Assembly (NCBI GenBank): GCA_013265495.1
Contig: MU058636.1
Location: 1,860,001-1,924,000, forward strand
DNA length: 64,000 nt
Direction of reading: 5' to 3'
Source: Vicugna vicugna
Lineage: Eukaryota
Shown here: piece by piece, positions 50,905-63,369 of the stretch
Layout of the letters: every line of letters begins with the position of its first letter
Position numbering within the stretch: the first letter of the stretch is position 1
Made by a program: the position numbers and the translations under genes
Notes under the pieces: generated by a model
What the model saw: only the letters and a program-made list of their open reading frames with translations
The model's database searches: none
What the model was told of the DNA's origin: nothing

Positions 50905-53315
50905 CATGCTGCATTTTCTTTATTCACTCATCCATCAAAGGGCGCTTAAGTTGTCTACATGTCTTGGTTACCATACACAATGCTGCAATGAACATGGGAC
51001 TGCAGATCTCTCTTTGAGATAGTGATTTTGTTTCCTTCAGATATACACCCAGAAGTAGAATTCCTGGGTTATATGGTAGTCCTATTTTTAATTTTTTGAG
51101 GAACCTCTATATGGATCTCCGTAGTAACAGCACTAATTTACATTCCCTCCAACAGTGCATAAGGGTTCCCCTTTGTCCACATCCTCACCAACACTTGTTA
51201 TGCTTTGCCTTTTAATGACAATCATTCTAACAGATATGACTAATGTCTCATGGTTTCGGTTTGCACTTCCACTGATGAGTAGTGATGTTGTGCACCTTTT
51301 CATTGACCTGTTGGCCACTTGAAGGTCTTCTTTACAAAAATGTCTATTCACTTCCTCTGCACATTTTAAACCAGATTGTTTGGGCGTATTTTTTTTTTTC
51401 CTGTTGAGTTGTAAGAGTTCTTTATATTTTTTGGACACATGATTTGGGACTATTTCCTCCCATTTCATAGGTTACCTTTTCATTTTGTTGATGGTTTCCT
51501 TGACTATGTGAAAGCTTTCTAGTTTGATGTGGTCCCTGTTAACTAATTTTTGCTCTTGTTGCCTTTGCTTTTGGTGTCAAATACAAAAAATAATTGCTAA
51601 GATAAATGTCAGAGAGTTTATCTCCTATGTTTTTTTCTAGGAGTTTAATGGTTTCAGGTCTTATGTTCAAGTCTTTAATCCATTTTGAATTGATTTTCGT
51701 GGATGGTAAAAGATATGGGTCCACTCTCATTATGTTGGGTGCTGCCATCCAGTTTTCCCAACACCATTTACTGAAGAGATTATATTTTCCCCATTGTATA
51801 TACTTGGCTCCTTTGTCATAAATTAATTAACCATATGTGCATGGATTTATTTCTGGGCTCTCTACTTTGTTCCATTGATCTATGTGTCTGTTTTTTATGC
51901 CAATACCATACTGTTTTGATCACTGTATCTTTGTAATAGTGTTTGAAATCAGGAAGTGTGATGTCTCCCACTTTGTTCTTCTTTCTCAAGATTGTTTTGG
52001 CTCTTTAGGGTATTTTATGTTCCATACACATTTTAGAATTTTTTTCTATCTCTGTGAAAAATGCCATTTGAATTTTGATTGAGATTGTACTGAATCTATA
52101 TATTGTTTTAAATAATATGGACATTTTAACTATATTAATTCTTCCAATCCACAAGAACATAAATTCTTTCCAGGAATTTGTGAGTTAGTCATTTTCTTTC
52201 ATCAATATCTTATACTTTTCACTGTACAGATTTTTCTCCTCCTTGGTTATATTTATTCCTAGTTATTTTATTCTTTATGATGTAATTATAAATGGAATTA
52301 CTTCCTTAATTTCTCTGATAGTTTGTTGTTAGTGGATAGAACTGCAAGTGATTGTTGTATATTGATTGAGTTTGTATTCTACAACTTTACTGGATTCATT
52401 GATTAGTCCTCATAGTTTTTTGGTCTTTACATTTTTCTATATATAACGTGCTATCTGCAAATAGAATCAGTTTTCTTTCTTTCTGATTTGGACGCCTTTT
52501 ATTTATTTTTCTTGCCTAATTGCTCTGGCTAGGACTTCTAGTACTTTGCTGAATAAAAATGGTGAGAGTGGGCATCCTTGTCCTGTCCCTGATCTTAGAG
52601 GAGAAGCTTTCAACTTCTCACCATTGATTATGATTTTTAGTTGTGGACCTGTCATATAGAGCCTTATTATGTTGAGGCATATTCCCTCTATACCCACTTT
52701 GTTGAGAGTTTTTATCATGAATGGTGTTGAATTTTATCAAATACTTTTTCTGCATCTATTGAGATGATCATGTAATTTTTATCCTTCATTTTGTTAATAT
52801 AGTGTATCACATTGACTGGTCTGTGGATGTTGAATGGTCCTTGCATTCCTGGAATAAAGCCCACTTGAAGATGGTATATGATCACTTTAATATAATATTG
52901 GATTTGGGTTGCTAATATATTGTTTAGGATTTTTACATCTATGTTCATCAGGGATATTGGCCTATAATTTTCTTTTCTTGAAGTGTCCTTGTCTGGCTTT
53001 TGTGTTAGGGCAATGATGACCTCATAAAATGAATTTGGAAATGCTCCCTCCCCTTCTGTTTTTTTTGGGAAGAGTTTGAGAAAAACTGGTATTAATTCTT
53101 CTTTAAATGTTTGTTAGAATTCATCAGTGAAGCCATCTGGTCCTGGATTTTGTTGGGAGCTTTTTTTTTTTTTGATTGATTCAATCTCCTTACTAATAAT
53201 TCTGTTCAAATTTTCTGTTTCTTCATGATTTGGTTTTAGGTAGGCTGTATGTTTTTAGAAGTTTATCCATTTCTTTTAGGTTGTCCAATTTGTTGGTATA
53301 TAATTGTTCATAGCA

Positions 53316-53418
53316 CAGGCATACCTTGCTTTATTGCACTTTGCCTTATTTTGCTTTGCAGATATTGCACTTTTAATAAATTGAAGGATTGTGGCAACCT
53401 TGCCTCGTGCAAGTCTGA
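53316..53418 (-). mobile_element. Tigger1 terminal fragment within the L1
   Basis: CAGGCATACCTTGCTTTATTGCAC..., reverse complement of the Tigger1 end at 45320-45405. Confidence 0.8.
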
Positions 53419-55300
53419 TATCATAATTATACCTTTTTATTTTGTGTATCCATTAACAAATTATCATGATTATATTTTTACTACTTTTGTCATTTAGCTT
53501 TCATACTAGATTTACAAATGATTTATCCATCATCCTTACAACACTAAAATATTCTGAATTTAACTACATATTTATCTTTACCAAAGATGTTTATAATTTC
53601 ATATGTTTTCCTGTTACTAATTAATGTCCTTTCATTTCAGCTTGAAAAGTCCTCTTCAACATTTCTTTTAAAGCTAGTCTAGTGGTAATGAACTCCCTCA
53701 GCTTTTGCTCATGTGGAAAACTCTCTCTCCTTCAGTTTTCAAAAACAGTTTGCCAGGTAGAGTATTCTTAGTTAGCAGTTTTTTCTTTCAGCATTCTAAA
53801 TAATGCCATTCCCTTCTAGACTGCAAAGCTGCTGCTGAAAAATCTGCTGATGGTATTATAGGGGTTCTGTTATATGTAACAAGATTTTTTTTTCTTGCTG
53901 CCTTTAAAATGTTCTCCTTGTCTTTAATTTCTGACTATTTACAATGCGTCTTGGTGGGTCTCTTTAGATTTATTTTATTTAGACTCTCTGGGCTTCCTGG
54001 ATCTGGATATCTGTTTCTTTCCCCAGATTAGGGAGTTTTTCAGCCATTATCTCTTTGAGTAAACTTTCTGTCCCTTTCTCTTTTTCTTCTTCTTCTGGGA
54101 CCCCTATAATATGATATTGTTCAGTTTGATGGTGTCCCTTAAGCTATCTTCAATCTTTTTATTTTTCTTTTTTCCTTATTACTCCTCTGATTGGATGAAT
54201 TCCACCACTCTGTCCTCAATTTCAATGATCCTTTCTTCCACTTCATGCAGTCTGCTGTTGAATACCTTTGTTGAATTTTTCAGTTCCATTATTGTATCAC
54301 TCAGCTCTATGATTTATGTTTAATGCTTTCTTAAGCTTTCTATCTGTTGAAATTCTCATTTTATTCATGCATTGTTCTCCTGACCTCAGTAAGCATCTTT
54401 ACGACCATTAGTTTAAACACTTTACAGGTAAATTACTTATCTCAATTTCATTAAGGTTTATTTCTGGAGTTTTATCTTGTTGTTTTGTTTGGAACATATT
54501 TCTCTCCTTCATTTTCCTTGATTCTCTGTGTTGGTTCCTGTGGATCAGATAAAATAGCCACCTTCTCCGTCTTCACATACTGGGCTCCCGCAGCAGATAC
54601 ACCTTATCGGTCAGCCCAGGCTTAGGTCTTGGTTGTCTCTCAAACTGCCTTCTTTGTGCTTATTGGCTCCCAGTAGTGACGGCGTGACAAGACTTGTCAG
54701 TGTCTCAAAGGAGGGGCTCCCAGCCAGCACCTAGATGCACAGGGATTGGAAGCTGGACTCTCAGGCAGTAGATTTTAAAGTACGCAAAAAGATCTCTTTC
54801 AGGGAAAGAATGGGAGCTAGTGTTCTGTCTGCTCTCTCTGCACTGAGCCCTAAAGGACAGCTGATTAATAACCACTTCTTTGTTTGCTACAGTCCAGTGG
54901 GACCCATAAATACAAGTCCTGCTGGCCACCAGATCAAGGAGTGTGTCCTCTGGGTGGCAGTCACAAAGGCCAGGGCTCTAGATATGTGCGCAAACTCCTT
55001 TCAGACAGATACCAGAGGGGGATCGTGTAGATGGTGCCTGCCAGCCTTCTCCGTTTCAGGCATGATTGCAGTCAGTTCCTAGATGCATGTTAAACTAGGA
55101 GCCTGACCCTCAGGTTGAACATTGACCTCTTTAAGAGAAAGACTGGGAGAAGGATGTTTTCTGTCTGTTGCCTCTGCACTGAGCCTGGGGGATCTAGTCA
55201 CAATGAGTCCTTGCAAAGCATTTATGAACTGTTTCTTTGTTTGCCATAATCTGGTGGATCTTGTGAACACAAGCCCCTTGGCTTTCAGAGCCAGGTGTTT

Positions 55301-55995
55301 TTCCTATCAAAATCTCTGCATAACTTCCTGCAGAAATTGACAAACCAATTTTAAAGTTCACATGGAAATGAAGGAGACCTAGAATAGCCAAAAGAATTTT
55401 GAAAACAAGACAAAGTTGGAAGATTTATAATACTTGATTTCAGGGCTTATTATAAAGCAATATTTAAGACAGTGGGGAGTAGACATCAAGACAGACAAAT
55501 GGAACAATGGAAAAGTATAGGAACTCTAGAAATATGTAGTCAGTTTATTTTTTATGAAAGTCGAGAGGTAATTCAATGGAAAAATCATAATATTTCAATA
55601 AATGGTGCTGAAACAATTGGATATTCATTTCCAAATGTATTCAATGAAAAACTTTGATTCATGCATCATACCATATAAACAGTTTACTCAAAATGGATCA
55701 TAGACCTAAATGTAAAACTAAAATGCAAATGTAGAAACCTAAATGTAAAACCTAAAACTGTAAAACTTCTAGGAGGAAAATCTTTCTAATCTTAGATTGG
55801 ACCAAGATTTTTTTTTTAGATACAAAACCAATAGCATGATCTATGAAAGAAAAATTGATAAATTGGATATCTTCAAGATTAAGAATGTCTGGTTTCCAAA
55901 AAACAAGTGCAGATTGGCAGAAAAATAGTTGTCAATTACTTATCTGATAAAGGCCTTATATCCAAAATATGTATTTTTTAAAAACTCAAAATTCA
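55301..55995 (+). mobile_element. Old L1 ORF2 fragment (inverted relative to its continuation at 45430-45954)
   Basis: GACCTAGAATAGCCAAAAGAATTTTG...AAATGGATCATAGACCTAAATGTAAAA...TATCTGATAAAGG. Confidence 0.8.
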
Positions 55996-56119
55996 CAGAT
56001 GACCAGGAAAGAGGCCCCTGAGCTCACCTGCTCCCACAGATACACCAAATCTACAGGTACACAAGGAACAGTTCACTCTGAAAGAAATCCAGAAACTAAG
56101 CAACTCCTACACATCAGGC

Positions 56120-56445
56120 AGGTCAACTAAAAAAACCGCACAACCTAAAAGTTGAGAATTATGTTTTATGTGGCAGACTTTCTGAGGACTTCAAGCCTGG
56201 GAGGCAGACTCTTCAGATTACTCTGAGGGACTGCTCCAAGGAGGCAAAGGAGGGACCACGATATATAGGAGTTTTGCAATAAAAATCAAGTATTCAAACA
56301 TCAAAAGATTATTGTTAATTAAAGAAAACCAGACATCTCAAATCAATGAATTTAGCGCTTTTCTGTATAGATGCAAGAGTCTGGGCCTATTGAAATCATT
56401 CCTTTGATGTGCACCATAGCCATCTAGGACCAGTATCCTATTCTT
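56120..56445 (-). mobile_element. Partial ERV1-type LTR
   Basis: TCAACTAAAAAAACCGCACAACCTAAAAGTTGAG...CTCTGAGGGACTGCTCCAAGGAGG...TATATAGG resembles an LTR R/U5 end in reverse. Confidence 0.55.
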
Positions 56446-57324
56446 TGTTTTATGTCTTACATTTAGTAAAATGACCACTTTGGATGGTCAAATATACATG
56501 TGATTAGAGTTCTTGGAGAGAATGGGGGGGAGGAGGACAGAAAAAATATTTGATAAAATAATGGAGAAAGTTTTTCCAAATCTGATGCAAATAATGAATC
56601 CACATACCCAAGAAGCCCAACAAAACCCAAGCACATGACTCAGGAAGAAAACTACAAAAGATACATTATAATCAAATTGTTTAAAGACCATGATAAAGAG
56701 AAAATCTTTAATGCATCCAGAGAAAACAGATGCATTCACACATCAGACTTACGGGTATATTTGACCAAATGAAGTCCTCATGTAGCTCACTGATTCTCTG
56801 TTCATTTCACTTTGTCTGTTTTCTCTGTTGAGTTTGGACAGTTTCTATTGCTGTGCCTTTGAGTTTACTAATCTTTTCTTCTGCAGTATCTAATCTGCTA
56901 TGAATCCCATCCAGTGTATTTATAGTTTTTACCTCTAGACGTCTAATCTGCGTGATTTTTCATATTTACTATTTCCCTACTTAACATGTACAAGCTTTCC
57001 TCTAGCTTCAGGAATATATGGAATATAGTTAAAACAACTATTTTAATGTTCTTGCCTACTAATTGTATATTCTATGTCATTTTGGGGTCCCTTTTGGATG
57101 TTTGAGTTTTCTCCTTATTATGGGCTGAATTTTTATCCTGTGTTTGTAAATTTGTAATGGGATGACATTATGAATTTAACCAGGTGTCAGATGTTTTCGT
57201 ATTCTGTTAAATATTCTTGAACTTTTTTTCTGGGATGTAGTTAAGTTCCTTGCTCTTTTTAGGTCTTTGCTTTTAAGCTTCATTAGGTGAGCAGTGTTTA
57301 GTACAGGGCAAATTTTTTTCCACT

Positions 57325-58282
57325 AGTGGACTTCATCAAAATTAATAACTTCAAAAGACATTGCTAAAAAAATGAAAAGACAAGCCACAGAATGGGAGAA
57401 AATATTTTCAAAACAAATAACCTGATAAAACACAAGTAAAAGATTTTGACACTTCACCGAAAAAATGTAGCATGGCAATTAGGCACACAAAAAGTTGATC
57501 ATCATCATTAGCAATTAGGAAATGCAAATTAAAACCATGATGACATATTGCTACACCCCTATTAGAAAGGTTAAAAAACAAAACCAAAAAACTGACCATA
57601 CCAAGTGACGACAATGATGTTGAGCAACTGCAACTCTCGTATCTTGTTGGTGTGGACAGAAAATGGTACAAGCACTTTGAAAAACTGGCAGTTTCTCACA
57701 AAGCTGAATATTCACTTAGCATGCATTCCAGCAATACAACACCACTCTTAAGGTATTTACCCACAAGAAATGAAAACCTATGCTCACACCGAAACTGACA
57801 TTCAAGTATTCATAGTGTTTTTTTCATAATTGTCAGAAACTAGAAGTAAACACATGAGCTTCAACTCATTAGTAGATAAACTATGGCACATCCATACAAT
57901 GGAGTATTACTCAGCAATAGAAAGGAAAAAAAGAACTGATATATGTAACAATGTGGATTAATCTCAAATAATTACACTATGTGAAAGAAACAGACTCAAA
58001 AGTAAGTCTACATACTGTAAAATTCCACTTATATGACATTCTAGAACATGGAAAAATGATGGGAACAAAAGAGATTACTGGTTGACAGGGGTTGGAAGTG
58101 GGCATTAAGGCTGACTACAAAGGAGCAGAACGGAAGTTTTGAGGGGAAGGAAATGTTTTATATCTTGATAGGGGTGGCAGTTATGTGACTGTAAGTGTTG
58201 GTAAAACTCATGGAACCATACACTAAAAAGGGCAGAATTTGCTAAATGAAAATTGTACCTCAATAAATCTGACTTTTTAAAA
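57325..58282 (+). mobile_element. Old L1 (L1MC/ME-like) 3' portion
   Basis: TGGACTTCATCAAAATT...GGAAATGCAAATTAAAACC...TACCTCAATAAATCTGACTTTTTAAAAA. Confidence 0.8.
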
Positions 58283-58747
58283 AGCCGAAGGAAGAATTTT
58301 CCACCATTGATTATCAAGGTTCTTTCTGAGAATCCATTCCAGAACCCTGGTGGCTTGTCCCAGAGTCCAGTTTCAAACACATTCTGAGCAACGAGGACAG
58401 CTCTAGAACTAGAAGAGTTCCCAAAGGGGTGTTGGTGGGGTGGGGGGAGTGGAGAAAAACTTTGGCACCAATCTGAAACAAAATTTTAAGTAAAAGTAAA
58501 ATCTACTCTATCGAAAAAGTGATGAATTTAGACATTACAGAACAAATCAGACAATGTCAGGGCACCTCACTGTCAAATTCTCCAAGTCAAGTCTCCAGTG
58601 CGGCAAAGAGAACTGGGTAAGACCTGGAGACCTGAGTTCTAAGCCCCTCTTCAAGAGTTACCTGCTGTGATAACCCTGAATTTCAGCAAGTCGTTTCACC
58701 TCTTTGGGTCCCACTTTTCCCTGGTATAAAAGGGCAGCAGACTAGAG

Positions 58748-59555
58748 TGGTATAGTAAATATATTTGGTCTTACTCCCAGTGTCTGAAACAAAGGCTCTA
58801 AAATCCTTGGAATTTCCTGAGTGATAGGAGTGTCTGTTGTTACGCATAATGGCCCCTTTTGATCACAGCAGAGTTTATGCTAACCAGGTGGCTTAGGGTG
58901 GGGCCCCCGGTAGCCTCAGGATGGGGCTGGTTGTAAGAAAGACTGAGCGACTGGAGGGTGGGACTGAAAGCTGACCTCTGGGCAAAAGGGAAGAGGGTGT
59001 GCTGATTAAATTCTACAAAAATTCTTGAGATTTGGTGAGCTTCTGGGCTGGTGAGCAGGAGTGGTTGCTGGGAGAGTGGCTGCCTGGGGGGTGGGCCGCG
59101 GACGCTCCAGGCCCCTTCCCATCTGCCTGGCCCCGTGTACCTCTTACATCTGGCTGTCCCTGAGCCACATCCTTCCATAAGAAACTGTTAATCCAGTAAG
59201 TAAAATGTTTTCTGACTTCTGTTCTCCTTGAGCCGCTCTAGCAAATTAATCAAATTCAAGGAGGCAGTCATGGGAACCTCTGATTTACAGCCGGTCGTCA
59301 GAAGCCCAGGGGGCACCTGAGACTGACTTCTGAAGGGGGCTGAGAGGGGTTTGCACCCTGATCCTGTGGGATCTGATGCTCTCTCCAGGTAGAGAGTGTC
59401 AGAACTGAGTTAAAGTGTAGGACATCCAACTGGTGTTTGAGAATTGCTTGGAGTGGGGACCCCTCCCACCCCATACACGTGGTGCCCAGAAGCGGTCCTT
59501 GTGAGCCGTGCTGTGAGTAGGGAGGAGACACACAGGGCTTGTTCTTCCTTAGAAC
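58748..59555 (+). mobile_element. MER21-type LTR
   Basis: TATATTTGGTC...CTAAAATCCTTGGAATTTCCTGAGTGATAGGAGTGTC...GAGCCGCTCTAGCAAATTAATC. Confidence 0.8.
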
Positions 59556-60151
59556 TGGGGACCTCTCATCCTCTCCACTCAGTCTATGCTCTTTCTCTGT
59601 AAATTCTGTTAGCCCATGAGTTCCAACCACACACTTCCTGTGTGTAGGCTCTGTATCTGGGTCGTCCCCAGGAATCTTCAACTCAGATTTAATCTCCCCT
59701 TTTCTTTCCTAAATCTACTCCCTCCTCTCCTTCTTCATAAGTTGATGCCAACACACCTACTGTTTGAAGCCAGAAACCCAGAAGTCATTTTCCACTCATC
59801 CCTCTCCCTCACTTTTCATCATCCAGGCAGCTGCCAAGCCTTGACATTTTAACCTCTTTGATAATCCCCAAATCTCTCCGCGGCTCTGTGTCTCTATTAC
59901 CCCTGCCCTAATTCCAGTCCCTGCCGCCTGTGGCCTGGACTCCTGCCAGCAACTTCCTAGCTGGCCTCCCCGCCATGGTCCTGTCTGCCTGACACCCACC
60001 CTCTACACAGATACCCCAACGGTCTTTCTAAAACACATATCAGAGCACCTCATTCCTCCCCTTAAAACCCTGCAACAACCTACAGTGATGGTCCTTACCC
60101 TTTCTTGAGTCACAGACCCCACTGAAATCTGATGGAAGCAATTTACCTTCA

Positions 60152-60208
60152 TACACACACACACACACACACAAACACACGCATGCACACACACACACGC
60201 ACACACAC
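60152..60208. repeat. Interrupted (CA)n microsatellite
   Basis: Direct reading of the sequence. Confidence 0.95.
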
Positions 60209-63200
60209 CATAAAGGATGAAGTGGACCCCCTGAATTCCATCCAGAGACTCTTGGTCCATATGATAAAGTCCAAGTCCTTTATCTCATCACTGAAATACT
60301 CCTTCCACATTATACACTGAGCCTCTGGCAACCCTGATTTTTTTAAAAAAGCTCTCCATTGAACAGTTTTCAATTTTCTGAGTTACAAGTTTTTAATGAC
60401 GGTCACCCTATCCTGGAGGCCTTCTACACTGTGCCTCAGCAGCCCAGGATGAAGTTACAGTTTTCAACGACTCCGTGTGTTGGACCTCTGTACCTTTTTC
60501 TTCGCTGCCCTATTTGCCTGGAGTGTCCTGACCCTCCTGTTTCCCCGTCAACTCTTACTTACCTTTCTAGCCAAGGCTCTGGCCTCACCTCCTCTTGGAG
60601 GCCTTGCCTTGTTTTCTCACCTTGCGGGAAAGGCTCAACCTCAGGGCCTATTTCTCAAATTGCACTGAGATTTTCCTCTTACAAGCCTGCCCCTTCCCAC
60701 CAACACCCCTGACACTGGGCTGTGAGCAGGAACCAGGACTACGCGGCAGCTAACACAAGTCCTGGAATACATGGGGCTCCCATGTGTCTAAGAAGGGAAG
60801 GAGGAGCATCCTGGGACTCTAAACTCTAATGATTTCTTTAGACTTGATGCATCTCTCTTTCTGCAAAACACCTGCCTGACCAGGGACGCCACTGTACTTT
60901 CCAGGTATTGCCCAATGAAGGGGTGAGATACGGCTCATTTCCTTTTCACAGATGAGGAACTTAAGTGCAGAGAACTTCTCTGCCCAAATAAAAACTCACG
61001 TTTCTCAACTGTGTTGTCAGTCCTAACATATCCAACTGCATTGCTCCAAGGACAGAATCCCTGACATTAGGAAAACTGTAACTCAAATAGCAGAGCAGCT
61101 GAAGACTGAATTCAGCAGCTATCTTGCAATCAAAGCACAACGGTTTAAATAAATAATGACAATATCCTGTTTTAGAGCAGACCGTAAATAATTTTACAGA
61201 GTATTCTTGGCTACCAGTTGACTTACAATGACAGCAGTGAAAAAATACTTCTACTGTTTAACCTAAAAAATAACAATAGTTCCTCTTTTAGGATCTTATG
61301 CAATTCCTCTAGCCACAAAAGAACAGTGCGTGTGTGTACTTTTATATTATTTTTAAATTTCCTCTCCATGTGTTGGTACCCATGGAACAGAATTGCACGA
61401 TACCAACTAACGACCATCAGTGAGTTCTACAAAAGCTTTCATCACTTGAGGACCAGGGTTGATCTAGCCATAGAAGGTATCACCCAAGGGTAAGTAAATC
61501 ACAGAGGTGTGAAGCTCATGGACCCCAAAGAGACAGAAGAACCTTTGGTCATGTCACTGTGGCTGCCTAACTAAGCAGTAGCGTGGGCTTTTTTGAAAAT
61601 CCTGATGGAAAAATCTTAAGATCACAAAGTCATCTGACGAAAACCAAAAGCTCTACTCAGACAAACCGCCTACTGTGAGATTCACAAGGCTCTGCTGTTT
61701 CGGAGAGAATAAAGGACACAGCACCATGGAAAGGCCAAGCTCACTGGCAGCCCCACCACTTCCCCTCCCCAAATTCTTCTTCCTGTTCTCTGCAAGGTCC
61801 CTTTCAAAAACCAAGAAAAATGATAAGATATACTCCTTTTGAGATTCCTTGCTTTTTGCCAAATCAGAATCTGTAAAGATTAAGGCAACATCTGGTGGCT
61901 GTTTGGGGGTTCAGCAAGACTGCAGTCTTGAACACTGAATGATAAGGGTTCTTGTCACATGACTTTGAGTTTCATTAGAGAATGACAAGATGGGAGGAAT
62001 AAAAAGAATTGTGGCGAACGTGACGAAGCTGAGCTATCCTGTGGGCCTTTCAACTGAGCGGGAGTGCTCTCTGGAGAGTAAAACACAGTCAACAAATTTG
62101 TTCGAAGAACCATTTGGAAAACTACTTCTTGCTAGGACCTGAAAAACGGTCATGTTTCACTCTGGAACAGTCCATTGGTTTTATTTTAAATGGAAGACTA
62201 GTTTCTTTCCCACAACCATGCAGTACAGCATATCCATGTTTAAGCAGTTTTAGGGCACAAAAACCTTCTGGGAGTCCTATTCTGACCTGGTGGCAGCTTT
62301 CTTTACTGAAGCATGCCATTTTTCATCTATTGATATTTAGTGATCCTCATACCTGTGTAGAAAGGTTTAACTAACTGAAAGCAAGCTTTGTGCCAAAATG
62401 TTTTCTTGGGGAAAGGTGATGGCCATGCATTTTTAAAATAAAATGGAATTAGCTATTTATAAGTACGTACCCCCCCTTCATCTTTCATCTTAGTACCCCT
62501 TGGGCCTAGCACAGAAATAAGTATTCAACAAAAGTTTGTCAAATAAAAAAATTTTTTTTTCTTCCTCATGCAGGCTTCCTCTTCATCTTTCTTATCCAAA
62601 GTCTTCCCTGGTATATAAGTAAGTCTCCCTCCTCCACATTTAATATCTCATTACCTGACTGTTTTTCAGCTAAATAACAGGAGCCTTCAACACCACCACC
62701 AAAATAATCACTGATAACTAAGAGTTAATGAAAGTGCCTTTTTAGTTACAAAAAGGAGAGCCAAGTAGTTCACAATTAAACCTAAGAGGATAATTTACAA
62801 TAGATCCATGTGAACTATCCAAGAAGAAATGAATAACCAATCTAACTTGTATGATGGCCACAATTAGAACTACCCTTTTAGGATCAAAGGACTAGACTTT
62901 TAGATCGAAGGGGACCTTAACACCAGCTCACCAGGTCTGGTGTCCTATCCAATCCCAACCAGTCTTTGCCCAGTATCCCTACCCTCCATCTCTTCCCAAA
63001 CACCTCCCCCCCCATCTTAGGCTAGCAGTTCACTAGAAGGCAGATAAAGTAAGATAAACAGCAAGGGCAAAGGACGGCAACTAGAATGTGTAAGTCAAGG
63101 CTCTGAATATGAATTTTCTGACACTAAGGAAAGAGTACCACAGTTATTGAAATATTGAAATCCCCCTCCTCTGAGCCACTATCAGCACACAGTGCAGTTA

Positions 63201-63369
63201 AGGCCGCGGAGAATATGTTTCCATCCTTTAAATACTAATTGGAAAATCTCAACATTATTCACAAAAGGTTGAACTTACAATAGAAGGGAAATGGGGGTGG
63301 CATCCTATCATTCAAGGAATTTAAAGCTTTTAAACATTTACAGTTCTCACTTTTAAGCTCCTCACTGTA

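Larger units (their letters stand above)
45955..55300 (-). mobile_element. Near full-length degenerate L1 (L1MA9-like 3' end), interrupted by Tigger elements
   Basis: ORF2 remnants in the ORF track ([58 protein letters not shown]), ORF1 and 5' UTR to about 55300, 3' end near 45960. Confidence 0.9.

Noticed and set aside
51133..52948. Active L1 ORF2
   Set aside because: Fragmented into short ORFs by stops and frameshifts.
45320..53418. Composite transposon bounded by two inverted Tigger1 ends
   Set aside because: The TIRs face inward, and each piece sits in a different host element; independent insertions are simpler.
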